64,000 nucleotides of DNA from an uncultured archaeon (GCA_963782915.1 CAWALK010000015.1:192001-256000); one strand, 5' to 3'. Numbered from the stretch's first letter, positions 1 to 9,313 are shown. Notes: generated by a model not told the origin, from the sequence alone. Translations and numbers: made by a program.

Positions 1-46
1 TTAGTTCTGCTAAAACATCTTTTCTGGGTAATCCTTTTGGATGCAC
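1..46 (-). CDS. N-terminus of probable tyrosine decarboxylase MfnA (runs off window edge)
   Basis: GTG-HPKGLPRKDVLAEL begins 2 nt after the mfnB stop; resembles the 'KGL..EEVL.EL' start of archaeal MfnA; methanofuran context. Confidence 0.45.
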   Translation of the reverse strand, partial: MHPKGLPRKDVLAEL

Positions 47-48
47 AG

Positions 49-771
49 CTATGCCCTCGTGGCTTGCTTAACGGCGGCTACTAATTGGGCAACTAATTCG
101 CGGGTTATGTAGCCCTTGTTTCGGTCGCTTTGCGTACATGCTGCACCACGTAACCCAGCTATGTCTGCGCCTAAACCGTAAACAACAACTAAATCCTCTT
201 TACGCAGAGAACCAGCCAAAGCCGCCTGCATGCCGAAACTGTGTGTTGAATCTATGAATGTTTTTAATTGCTCAATGGTTTGGTTGTCAAAGAGGTTTGA
301 CCCGTCTTTGGTGGCAGTATCAAGCATGGCAACATCTACGTTGGCTTGATATGCAATTTCAGGTATTAATGAAGGATCGATTGTGCCAATTTTTTTGGCG
401 TCCGCATATCCTGCCGCTGCAACTTTAATGTGGGGATTACAGTCTTTAGCGGCTTTATTCACCTGTTCTAGAAGAAATATTGCTTGCTGAGGCGTTTTCA
501 ATCCGTATAACCCAACTTTTACGTAATCAACCCCTAATGTGGCAGCGCCCAAAGCTGCAAGCGAAATGGAACCAGGAAGATTCGGCACGTCGCCAAGGGT
601 ACAGCTTACCTCTATAGGTTTGGGTGTGAGCTGTTTGATGTTTTTGATGACCCAGGGATAATTAGCGCCCAATGCACCTTCAAGAGGGTTTTTAACGTCG
701 ATTATATCTGCGCCACCAGCGATGGCTTCTTGGGCTTCGGCTTCGTTTTTGGGGCTGATGAGTAGCTTCAA
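49..771 (-). CDS. mfnB: (5-formylfuran-3-yl)methyl phosphate synthase (DUF556), methanofuran biosynthesis
   Basis: KLLISP...GGADIIDVKNP.EG.LGA, MLDTA.KDG, LAGSL, G.RGAAC motifs; likely TTG start at 771, upstream part of the ORF is low-complexity. Confidence 0.9.
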   Translation of the reverse strand: MKLLISPKNEAEAQEAIAGGADIIDVKNPLEGALGANYPWVIKNIKQLTPKPIEVSCTLGDVPNLPGSISLAALGAATLGVDYVKVGLYGLKTPQQAIFLLEQVNKAAKDCNPHIKVAAAGYADAKKIGTIDPSLIPEIAYQANVDVAMLDTATKDGSNLFDNQTIEQLKTFIDSTHSFGMQAALAGSLRKEDLVVVYGLGADIAGLRGAACTQSDRNKGYITRELVAQLVAAVKQATRA

Positions 772-974
772 TTGGGTATCACAATGATGCGGCTTGTTGG
801 TGCCTTTAAAGTTTTCCTGTGGATTGGCAGGTGTTTTCTGCTCAAATGCGGTTATCAGTGGTCTTTTGTGAAGGGATTTGTTGGAAGACATGGCGATGTT
901 TTCACTGTTTCCCCCCTCCTTTTGGAGCAATAATTTTGTGGGGCGTCCTTGTTTTTCTTTGTTGATTGTTGTCG

Positions 975-1143
975 TAGACCCTTCTTATTTCAACAACTAC
1001 CATTGGGCTTGGTTGGCAGCTGTGTTTTGGTGTCTGCGTCTGTATAGGATTGCTGGTTGGTTGCGACGGTTTCTGCAAACAGATTGGCGAAGGCATACAG
1101 GAGGTCCTTTGCTCTCACCAACCTACCCCCCCTCTATTTATAG
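975..1143. repeat. Dispersed intergenic element, copy 1
   Basis: ACCCTTCTT...TTTGGTGT...GGATTGCTGGTTGGTTGCGACGGTTTC...TTGCTCTC...ACCCCCCCTCTATTTATAG; aligns by eye with the reverse complement of 29582-29740. Confidence 0.75.
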
Positions 1144-1174
1144 CCTCAATGGATGCAGACGAAAACAATTTGGA

Positions 1175-1321
1175 AGCAGGCGTATATTGGTTTCTCGCGT
1201 GGGGTTTTATGCGTTTGCAGGCAGATTTGAGGGGTTGCTAGGCGCCTGTGCCCAAAGCCTACCCTTTGAGTTGAAACGGGACTTTATTGCTCTGCAGCTA
1301 CCCCCCTCCCCCTATATGTAG
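1175..1321. repeat. Dispersed intergenic element, copy 2 (tandem with copy 1)
   Basis: Ends TTATTGCTCTGCAGCTACCCCCCTCCCCCTATATGTAG, close to revcomp of 29582-29619; degenerate core GTTTGCAGGCAGATTTGAGG. Confidence 0.75.
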
Positions 1322-1398
1322 CAGCCAAAACCCTAAAGCCGCACAAAACTGTTGGCTACGGTTAGGTTTTTTTAGGTGCACCCACCAATGAAGGATGA

Positions 1399-2140
1399 GT
1401 GTTCAACGTGAAAATTATCCCAGTCATCGATATCTTAAACCAAGTCGCCGTCCACGCCGTAAAAGGCAAACGCAGCCAATACAAACCAATCGAGAGCAAC
1501 CTATGCAAATCCAGCGATCCACTAGAGGTTGCCAAAGCCTTCAAAACCTTGGGGTTTAGCGAGTTATACGTGGCTGATTTGGATGCAATAATCGATTGCA
1601 GAACAGATTTTTCGGTGCTCAAACGGATTACCAACGAAACTGGGCTATCTTTACTGGTAGACGCTGGAATAACTAACCTAGACCGAGCAGAGCGGCTGTT
1701 TGAAAGCGGAGTTTCCAAACTGATAATCGGAACAGAAACCTTGGACAACAAAAAATTCGTAGCCGAAGCCATCCAACGGTTTGGAAGCAGCCGTGTAGTT
1801 GTTAGTTTAGACATGAAGGGCAATAGTGTGATTGTTAAAGCTGGGTTTGAGGGTTGCATTGAACCGATGTGTTTGCTAAAAGAGTTTCAGGCGATGGGTG
1901 TTTCGCAGGTTATCGTTTTGGATTTGGCTCGTGTTGGGAGCGGCGAAGGAGTAGACTTGGCTTTTCTTAAGAAAATAAAAAACGAGTTAAGCATGGATGT
2001 TTACGTTGGCGGCGGCGTACGAGGCATCGACGATTTGGTCGAACTCAAAAAGCTAGGCAGTATCCGGTACATTAATCGCCACTGCACTTCATACAGGCAA
2101 AATCTCTGTCGCAGAACTAAAACAGAAAGGCTTCATCTAA
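1399..2140 (+). CDS. HisA/HisF-like TIM-barrel protein of methanofuran/H4MPT gene neighbourhoods (frameshift near 2059)
   Basis: IIPVIDI...AVHA..G.R..Y.P, ELYVADLDAI, VLDLARVGS, VYVGGGVR; removing one base at ~2059 gives GVSGTLIATALHTGKI...* at 2140. Confidence 0.8.
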
Positions 2141-2859
2141 GCCCGTTTAGCCAAACAAACTATCCCGCCGAGTTGTGTGAGGCGTGCTCCTGCGTTGGAT
2201 TCAGCACTAATCACTCGTGTCTTAACCTGTTTATTCATAGCAATCTGCATTAACCGATTAACCCGATATTTCTGGCGACTACTCGACAAATAAACATCCG
2301 TTAACATCAGATACTCAGGTTGAGGTTTTCCTGGAGGCTGCGTGTTTAGGATTAGGGTTTCGGCTTCTTGAAGTGAGAAAAGGACAAGATTATCTGAGGA
2401 GCTTAAGCGTTTTTCCAGGACTTCAAGGAGGTTTTCGGTTTCTTGTGTAGCGTTCTCTTGGATTAATTGCTTGAAAGTGCCCTTCTGAGTTAAGATTTGG
2501 ACTTGGGTGGGTGTGCTTGCGGAACCCACAATCACCGATATTTGCGCTTTATTTGTCCCCTGCAGAAGCCATGTATGATGGGCGGTTACGTGTTTTTGGA
2601 GGTCTTGGGCATAGCTGGTTCTTGGGGCGGAAGCGATTATGATGCTTTTTACGCCCTCTTTGAATGCTATACGTAGGGCATTGATGATTGCCTCGTGGAA
2701 GTTATAGAGGGCTTTTTGGTCTTTTCGGTCGCCGTTTAGGGGTATTGTTTGTTGGGGTTTGGCGACTTGGCTAAAGATTTGCCAGATTGCAGCGTGGTCT
2801 TGCTCTACACCTATGAGGATGGCGACAGGGTATCCTCGACGGTAATTTTTGGGTTTCAT
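2137..2859 (-). CDS. Pelota/aeRF1-superfamily protein with only middle and C-terminal domains
   Basis: C-terminus VISAESNAGARLTQLGGIVCL parallels pelota VVSTEHEAGSKLISLGGIAAL at 36857; no N-terminal domain, no GGQ. Confidence 0.7.
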   Translation of the reverse strand: MKPKNYRRGYPVAILIGVEQDHAAIWQIFSQVAKPQQTIPLNGDRKDQKALYNFHEAIINALRIAFKEGVKSIIIASAPRTSYAQDLQKHVTAHHTWLLQGTNKAQISVIVGSASTPTQVQILTQKGTFKQLIQENATQETENLLEVLEKRLSSSDNLVLFSLQEAETLILNTQPPGKPQPEYLMLTDVYLSSSRQKYRVNRLMQIAMNKQVKTRVISAESNAGARLTQLGGIVCLAKRA

Positions 2860-2962
2860 TGTATCCGCTGTATTGTTGGGGGCTGGCTTATTTTAGGTGT
2901 TGCATAACCTCATAAACGGCATGTTTATGAAACCCAAAAACCGATTATTTGTGAGGATTCTT

Positions 2963-3289
2963 ATGAATAAAATCTATAGCAAACATGACCTCGATACAGA
3001 ACTGGCTAAAACCAAGAAAGTCCTTGTCCTGTTTTACGCTACATGGTGCCCTTATTGCGTTCGTTTTGTTCCATTCTTCACCCAAAAAGTGGCGCCTTTG
3101 GGCTTCGAAAACATAGTCCATGTGCTGCTAGACGATTATGACAACCCCCTGTGGGATGAGTATGACATCTCTGCGGTTCCAACGGTAATTCTGTTTGAAG
3201 ACGGCAAGGTATGTAACCGTGTAGATGGTAAATTAGGCAGAGGTCTTAGTGAGGAACAATTTAGCAAGTGGCTCCAAGACCTCAAGTAG
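2963..3289 (+). CDS. Thioredoxin family protein
   Basis: VLFYATWCPYC and AVPTVILF motifs. Confidence 0.9.
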   Translation: MNKIYSKHDLDTELAKTKKVLVLFYATWCPYCVRFVPFFTQKVAPLGFENIVHVLLDDYDNPLWDEYDISAVPTVILFEDGKVCNRVDGKLGRGLSEEQFSKWLQDLK

Positions 3290-3452
3290 CCCCTAATTGA
3301 GGCATTGTTTGCTTGACTCCTTAAAGGATGTCTCAAAAGTAGTCTTATATTAACCTAATAGTATTTTACTAGTAGCTCTTGCGCCCTTGCGTCAAGTGAC
3401 GCTTCTTATTGGCTTAGCCACCTTTGCAGGCAGCTAAAAAGTTGGTTATTCT

Positions 3453-5015
3453 ATGCATAAAAAAATTGGTTTTGCCGTTGTCGTTGTTTTTCTTGGCTTT
3501 ATTATTCTATTTGCGAGTATGTCAACGGCAAAAGCGGATTTCCAAGCTTTAAAGTTGCCAAGTACGCTTAATTTTATGGGTAATGATATGGATTCAAACG
3601 GTGTATTATGGGCTGGAGACAAAAATTTTGGCCTCTGGAAAAGCACCGACCGAGGCGCATCTTTCCAACCCGCCTATACGCTGCCCCATGATCCGCCAAG
3701 ACCCGACAATCCGTATTCAGGACTTGTCTGGAACGTTTTTGTCGATTCAAGAAACTATATTTTCGTCAGCGGAGGCGGTGCAAATAATTCACTTTACCGC
3801 TCAACAAACGGCGGTGCAAGCTTTGGCGCGGTATTAAACGCTAATGACACTAACAGCCAAGCCTTCTTCATCGCAATGACCGAGGATAATTCAGGTAACC
3901 TCTATGTGGCAACCTACACTATCGGAACAGCAATACAACCCCAAATACTCAAGAGCACAAACGGAGGTACCACATGGACCAAAATCACCAATTTCAACAC
4001 TTTCCACTTCCATAACATCAAATACAACCCCTATAACGGCTACCTCTATGCAGTCACGGGCGAACGCTTTGGTTCGTTAGTTAACTTTAATGATTCTGAA
4101 AAAATTTTTAGAAGCAAAGACAACGGCGCCTCATGGAATCTGGTAGTTGATAGAAATGACGCCGTTGGTACGGTTTATTTGGCGATGGCTTTTGTGGGGA
4201 ATTACGTGTATGTGGGACAGGATTACCCGTCTAGAACCTGCCAAATTCAACGATTCCTCGACGAGGGGCAAGCAGGACTTTGTACGCCTCAAGTAGTGTA
4301 TTCTCCGCCCAGTGATGGTTGTATGCCGTTTGTTTCGGGTGTATTCTTCAATGGTTCGCTTGTTTTTGGTAACTGCGCCGAAATTCAAAATGGAACTACA
4401 AGGGTAGTTTCGAGCCGTGATGGCGTAAACTGGAACATTATAACTTCAGCAAGCATTTTGTCGATTGAACCGCGATGGAATTTTTTCACGACTCATCCCC
4501 GAAGCGGCATTTTTGCGACTCTAAAAGGTGGCTTTTCCTATCAAATTGCCGATATGGGGCCTCAACCTACTCCAAGCGCTCCACCCATCCCTAGTTCTAC
4601 GCCCACACCTACTCTTACGCCTTCACCTACCCCAAGTCCAACGCCAACCCTTACACCAGAACCCACTATAGAACCAACAGCCCAACCAACCGAACCAACG
4701 CCTATAGCGCCAACTCAAACACCCACTTACACTCAAAGCCCAACAACAGATCCAACACTCCAACCCACAGCAAAACCCATAACCCACAAACCTACCCCAG
4801 CCCCCACGCCGACTCCGACAGCTACCCCAACCCTAACTCCCACACCTACGCATGAACCGACAAAACAATCAGCTACACCAACAGCAACTCCAAACTACAT
4901 CAGTACGAGCGCATCAAGCGGCTTATTCTTCGAAATAGCTGTAGCTGCGTCAGTAATCGTTGGAGGAACTATCTTGTCGGTTACTTTGCTTAAAAAACGT
5001 GGATTTAAGAGATAA
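3453..5015 (+). CDS. Membrane-anchored secreted beta-propeller (BNR/Asp-box) protein with Pro/Thr linker
   Basis: Signal peptide; repeated S-T-(D/N)-x-G-x-(S/T)-(F/W) Asp-boxes; PT-rich stalk; C-terminal TM followed by KKRGFKR. Confidence 0.8.
   Translation: MHKKIGFAVVVVFLGFIILFASMSTAKADFQALKLPSTLNFMGNDMDSNGVLWAGDKNFGLWKSTDRGASFQPAYTLPHDPPRPDNPYSGLVWNVFVDSRNYIFVSGGGANNSLYRSTNGGASFGAVLNANDTNSQAFFIAMTEDNSGNLYVATYTIGTAIQPQILKSTNGGTTWTKITNFNTFHFHNIKYNPYNGYLYAVTGERFGSLVNFNDSEKIFRSKDNGASWNLVVDRNDAVGTVYLAMAFVGNYVYVGQDYPSRTCQIQRFLDEGQAGLCTPQVVYSPPSDGCMPFVSGVFFNGSLVFGNCAEIQNGTTRVVSSRDGVNWNIITSASILSIEPRWNFFTTHPRSGIFATLKGGFSYQIADMGPQPTPSAPPIPSSTPTPTLTPSPTPSPTPTLTPEPTIEPTAQPTEPTPIAPTQTPTYTQSPTTDPTLQPTAKPITHKPTPAPTPTPTATPTLTPTPTHEPTKQSATPTATPNYISTSASSGLFFEIAVAASVIVGGTILSVTLLKKRGFKR
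4560..4895 (+). repeat. Low-complexity Pro/Thr coding repeat (stalk)
   Basis: PTPTPTLTP-type repeats inside the CDS. Confidence 0.85.
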
Positions 5016-5048
5016 TTAAGAAAAAAGAAGAGAGAAGTTTTTGTGTTT

Positions 5049-5549
5049 TTAGGTTGGTGGTGGCGGAGGCGGTGGAGGCGGATAAGATTGGGATGTTGAT
5101 GCGAACGATTGCCCTGTTCGGACAAAGGTTACTCCTCCGTAGCGGTCAAGGAATTTTTGGCGTTTATCTCCGGGTGTAACAATTCCGACTATCCAGTCCA
5201 ATATCAGTAGTGCCCAGAAGATTTTGCTTATGTTGCGAATGAGTGCTTTGTCAAAGGGTACTTTTCCACCGGTGACCGTTCGTACTTGTATGCCAAGCAA
5301 TCTTTTGCCGATAGTTGCGCCCCAGTAGAAATCAAGTATTGTGAAATATAGCACTAGCAGAACGCCCCAGATGAATGAAGAGGTAAGGAAGCTCCAACCG
5401 AGAAGATTAAAGCCACCTGTAAATATGGATGCAATGGCGAAAACAGCGCTTATTAGGGCTGTTACAATCAGTAAAATTATGCCGTCGATGGCGAAAGCTA
5501 TTAAGCGTATTAGCCAATGGCCCCAGTCTATTTGCTCAGTACTTGTCAT
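5049..5549 (-). CDS. RDD family membrane protein with poly-Pro tail
   Basis: RLIAFAID, GATIGKRLLGIQV, RQKFLD. Confidence 0.85.
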   Translation of the reverse strand: MTSTEQIDWGHWLIRLIAFAIDGIILLIVTALISAVFAIASIFTGGFNLLGWSFLTSSFIWGVLLVLYFTILDFYWGATIGKRLLGIQVRTVTGGKVPFDKALIRNISKIFWALLILDWIVGIVTPGDKRQKFLDRYGGVTFVRTGQSFASTSQSYPPPPPPPPPT

Positions 5550-5645
5550 TTTCTTTTAAACTCCTGATAGTCACTTTTGGAATACCAAGCTATTAATAGT
5601 TTCTATCAACCAACAGATCGCTGCCAATCAAAACATAAAGAAAAG

Positions 5646-6296
5646 TCAGGGCTTAACGCCGACTAAAAGAGCAATCTCAAGCCACTTCCAATAACAATCC
5701 ACATCAACAAAACCGATCTCCCGCAACCACCCCAACTGCGTTTCAACATCCAAAAGCTTGTTTGAAGGATCCTCTGTTTCATGCATCTGCCCAATCGCTA
5801 AAAAAAACCTACGATGCAACTCCAAGGTAGAGGAAGATACGTGTTCAAAATTGCAGAAGACGCCTCCATGGTTCAGGTGGCTGAATACTTCAGTGTAGAG
5901 TTGCCTCTTTCGCTCGTGGGTCAAGTGATGTATGGCTAAACTTGAAACTATGGCGTCAAAGCAACCCAAATCTTCGGGAAGCGGCAAGCTGAAGTCATGC
6001 TTAACTATACTGATTCGCTTGTCGTCTTGGAACCGACTTTTAGCTTTGGTTAGCATTGGATCGGAGAAATCCAGAGCCACACCCTGCTTGATTTGGGGAT
6101 GGCTTGCAAGAACCAGTGAGAGCAATCTGCCGTCGCCAGTGCCCAAATCTAGAACCTGCTCAGCGCTTTTGGGTATTTGCTCTAAAAGCACGTTTTCGCC
6201 TTCGGTTCTATGCGGTAGCTTGTGGGCTCTGGATAAATACTTGAAGGCATGCTTTTTTGTTTGCCATTCACTCTGCGGTGATTCGTCATTGTGCAT
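5646..6296 (-). CDS. Class I SAM-dependent methyltransferase
   Basis: VLDLGTGDG, FDAIVSSLAIHHL, L..GG.F. Confidence 0.9.
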   Translation of the reverse strand: MHNDESPQSEWQTKKHAFKYLSRAHKLPHRTEGENVLLEQIPKSAEQVLDLGTGDGRLLSLVLASHPQIKQGVALDFSDPMLTKAKSRFQDDKRISIVKHDFSLPLPEDLGCFDAIVSSLAIHHLTHERKRQLYTEVFSHLNHGGVFCNFEHVSSSTLELHRRFFLAIGQMHETEDPSNKLLDVETQLGWLREIGFVDVDCYWKWLEIALLVGVKP

Positions 6297-6437
6297 TCTG
6301 AAATGCCTCTGCTTGTTTTTGGCGCCTGTTTTATTTAAGGTTGTGATGGTCTTTCCTGATTTTACGCCTTATAGGAAAATAAGCCTTATATCTCATCGAA
6401 TATCCTTATGGAAGAATAAAGAGAGGGATTTTACACC

Positions 6438-6782
6438 TTGGAATTTTGTCCCAATTGCGGTTCACGCCTTGAACCAAAAAGAACAGGCGAAGGCAACGCC
6501 TTTATGCTATGCTGCGCAAAATGCAGTTTTACAAAGCAGCCAGTTGATAGAAAAACTGAAGCACGAACAGGCGCAGTCATTCAACCCAAAGCTAAACCAT
6601 TCTTGACCGTCGTAGGAGAAAAAGACGAAGTCAACACTATGACTAAAATCAAGAAGCCATGCGACAAATGCGGAAACGACGAAGTCTACGTTTGGATGGT
6701 TCAAACACGCGGCGGAGACGAAGCCATGACTCAGTTCATGAGATGCACCAAATGCGGTCATACCTTTAGAGAATACGCCTAA
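6438..6782 (+). CDS. tfs: Transcription factor S (TFS, RpoM family)
   Basis: N-terminal FCPNCG ribbon; C-terminal CDKCG...QTRGGDE...CTKCG with the acidic DE pair. Confidence 0.9.
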   Translation: MEFCPNCGSRLEPKRTGEGNAFMLCCAKCSFTKQPVDRKTEARTGAVIQPKAKPFLTVVGEKDEVNTMTKIKKPCDKCGNDEVYVWMVQTRGGDEAMTQFMRCTKCGHTFREYA

Positions 6783-6859
6783 AAACCGCTTATTTGCCTG
6801 TATCTTTCGAAAGATATTAAAAGCCTAACAGGTATAAAAGTTAACCTAGATGAACATCC

Positions 6860-6955
6860 ATGCCAAGCAAACAAGGTAAGCCCTTAACTAAGAAAGAGAA
6901 AGACGAAAAAAGAAAGGCAAAAAAAGCAAAAGGAAGCAAAACACAGACTAGTTAA
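6860..6955 (+). CDS. Small Lys-rich protein (31 aa)
   Basis: MPSKQGKPLTKKEKDEKRKAKKAKGSKTQTS*; TATA-like GGTATAAAAG ~25 nt upstream, T-tract downstream. Confidence 0.5.
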   Translation: MPSKQGKPLTKKEKDEKRKAKKAKGSKTQTS

Positions 6956-7102
6956 ACTAGCCTAAATCTGCTTGAGCCTTTACAATAATTTTTTTTATTT
7001 TCAACCCAATAGCTTTGCTGCACACCCCATCAACCGTTCTATGGATTCTCCGGAAAACCTTTTACTCATCAACGCATATCTTGCTTGCTAAGTGACCAAA
7101 AA

Positions 7103-7846
7103 ATGGCTACCAAAAGCAAATGGCTCATCTCATCAGCATTAATCATCGTAATCGCATGCAGCGCACTCTTTGTTGGTCTGCAATATCAAACCAATTCAGA
7201 CGCCACACCCGATAAGGATACGGTGTTTCAACTTGCCGCATTCAACACGTTCTCAACAGGCAAATATGAGGGTACAATGGCATACAGCGAATTAGAAAAG
7301 CATGGCGATTTTGGTATCGGCACATTCGATGGCTTAAACGGCGAAATGCTAGCGTTGGATGGCGTCTTCTATCAGATCCCAAGCAGCGGAATACCTAAAG
7401 AAGTGGATGTAACCCAGACGTCGCCGCATGCAACCGTCACCTATTTTGAAGCTGACAAAAACTTCACAGTCGCAGGCCAAAATTACACAGAACTAAAAAC
7501 TTTCCTAGACAGCCAATTAAGCTCATCCAAAGACGTAATTTACGCCATAAAAATCAGCGGCACCTACGATTATGTACAAGCACGAAGCCCAGAAAAACAA
7601 GCACAACCATACCCCAACCTCACCGATGCACTAAAAACCCAAGCCATATTCAACTTCACCGACGTTTCAGCAACAGCAGTTGGCTATTGGTTCCCAAGCA
7701 GCATGAACGGCGTTGACCCAGCAGGTTACCACATGCACATAATAACAGACGACCGCACAGCAGGCGGACACATACTAGACTGTATCATAAACAACGCCAC
7801 CATACAAGTGGACGTTATCAACAAATACAGCCTAACTCTGCCATAA
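7103..7846 (+). CDS. budA: Alpha-acetolactate decarboxylase with N-terminal signal/anchor
   Basis: HGDFGIGTFDGLNGEM, GYHMHII...GGHILD Zn-binding motif. Confidence 0.9.
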   Translation: MATKSKWLISSALIIVIACSALFVGLQYQTNSDATPDKDTVFQLAAFNTFSTGKYEGTMAYSELEKHGDFGIGTFDGLNGEMLALDGVFYQIPSSGIPKEVDVTQTSPHATVTYFEADKNFTVAGQNYTELKTFLDSQLSSSKDVIYAIKISGTYDYVQARSPEKQAQPYPNLTDALKTQAIFNFTDVSATAVGYWFPSSMNGVDPAGYHMHIITDDRTAGGHILDCIINNATIQVDVINKYSLTLP

Positions 7847-7996
7847 CTCTAATTCTCTTTCTTTAAAATTGTTATATCCAACCCATCATTACCATAACAC
7901 GCCGATGACGAAAAACACGTTAGTATGATGGAGAATAAAGTTTTCTTCCAAGGATGATTACAGGAACAAATTCGGAGGCAATCGCAGCATCATCCG

Positions 7997-9205
7997 CTAA
8001 ACTTGGGGGATTTTTAGGGCACTTTTTATTTTAGCAGCCAACACCCTATGCTTCTTTTCAGTAAGCGACGCAACGATGAAAGCAACCTCGTTAATCAACA
8101 ACAGAATAGGCATGAAAAGTAAAAAGCGGTCAACTTCAAAGTTCAAACCGTTAAGGAACAGGATAATGGGATAATGGATTAAAAAGAGGGTGTATGAGAA
8201 AGCCGCGATGGAGCTGCTCCAATTAGCAACTCGCCTCTTTAGCATTAAACCTGAAAGCGACGGTAGGGTTCTGCCGTTAACAATAAAGAGACCCAGGAAT
8301 ACACAGGCGGAAATGAACAATCCAAAAAGCAGGCTAAACGAGTCATGGGTTAAAGTAAAGATTACATTTGCTTCATACCCAACTGCCGCCAATGCAAAGA
8401 GGAACGAGGCAACCAAAACGCCAGTTGCAACGCGGCTTTTTAGCTTCGCTCGCACGGTTGGATTACATGTTAAGCACATCATGGCAGCTCCCAAGAACCA
8501 CACGATGATAAAGGCACTGTAATCCCACGCGAGTGCAACAAGAATTATGCTTAACAGGGCTGCAATGCCAAAGAATAAGATCTTACCGCGTGCATTAGAA
8601 GGCTGTTTTCCAAAGAAGCCTAAAGCGCCAAGGATTATCCAGCCGAAGAACATGTAAAGCCACCATTCCACAACCAGCGTCCACAAAACCCCATTGAACC
8701 CAAAGGGAGCAATCGCCGCCGACGAAAAAGACGTACCCAAAACAGCACTTGAGGTGGCGTTGAAGAAACCGCTTGGAAACATATCCATCATAGTCAAGGT
8801 GGCAGCGAAGCCCTGAACTGAGGGCGGCTGCTCCGAATCCAAGAGGTGAGTGAAGTATACGCTATTTGTTGCATAGATACCACCCACTACAACTATGCTG
8901 ATCAATAGTGCAGGCAAGAGACCAGAGTAAATGCGGCTAAATCGGTCAACAAAATAGTTTCTAAAGCCATACTGGCGGTTTGCTGTTTTCTGAAATACAG
9001 TGTACGCTATTAAGAAACCTGAAATGGAGAAGAAAAGAAAAACCCCTATTCCGCCCAGCATGCCACCGAAGAAAATCGAATCTAAAACCATGGGTTGATA
9101 CTTCGTAAAGAAATGGCTGATTACAACCAATTCGCAGGCAACTAGGCGAACGATGTTTAAGAAGACGGAAGCTTCAGGCGAGAGGGCATTTCTGGTTAGC
9201 TTCAA
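7997..9205 (-). CDS. Acyltransferase family 3 (OafA-like) membrane protein
   Basis: R.VA..LVVISH, GVFLFFSISGFLI, RFSRIY, LWTLVVEW..Y, SYTLFLIHYP. Confidence 0.9.
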   Translation of the reverse strand: MKLTRNALSPEASVFLNIVRLVACELVVISHFFTKYQPMVLDSIFFGGMLGGIGVFLFFSISGFLIAYTVFQKTANRQYGFRNYFVDRFSRIYSGLLPALLISIVVVGGIYATNSVYFTHLLDSEQPPSVQGFAATLTMMDMFPSGFFNATSSAVLGTSFSSAAIAPFGFNGVLWTLVVEWWLYMFFGWIILGALGFFGKQPSNARGKILFFGIAALLSIILVALAWDYSAFIIVWFLGAAMMCLTCNPTVRAKLKSRVATGVLVASFLFALAAVGYEANVIFTLTHDSFSLLFGLFISACVFLGLFIVNGRTLPSLSGLMLKRRVANWSSSIAAFSYTLFLIHYPIILFLNGLNFEVDRFLLFMPILLLINEVAFIVASLTEKKHRVLAAKIKSALKIPQV

Positions 9206-9313
9206 GAGTTCACCCAGTGTTTGATTTCAATGTAGGCTTGTTGGGTGTTATCAAGCTTACGCATGTCTAAGGGGCGGTTTTTTGTTAAGGCATTTATTGC
9301 GGAACCATAAAGT

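Noticed and set aside
772-930. 52-aa N-terminal extension of MfnB
   Set aside because: Family similarity starts at LKLLISP; the extension is skewed intergenic sequence
878-1321. ORFs 878-1321, 902-1096, 1050-1241 and 29649-30030 as real genes
   Set aside because: Low-complexity frames over the dispersed repeat; the shared PQPxSNP peptide follows from DNA similarity and the frames differ in start, stop and length
4560-4895. Pro/Thr repeat as a diversity-generating or VNTR locus
   Set aside because: Codons are heterogeneous; ordinary surface-protein linker, and no reverse transcriptase is present
6438-6782. TFS as an inhibitory TFS4-like paralog
   Set aside because: The catalytic DE pair is retained (QTRGGDE)
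7880-7996. Two imperfect stems (CCATCAT/ATGATGG, GGATGAT/ATCATCC) as an H/ACA or C/D RNA
   Set aside because: No properly placed D box, K-turn or ACA; located between convergent genes, so a terminator or chance is sufficient
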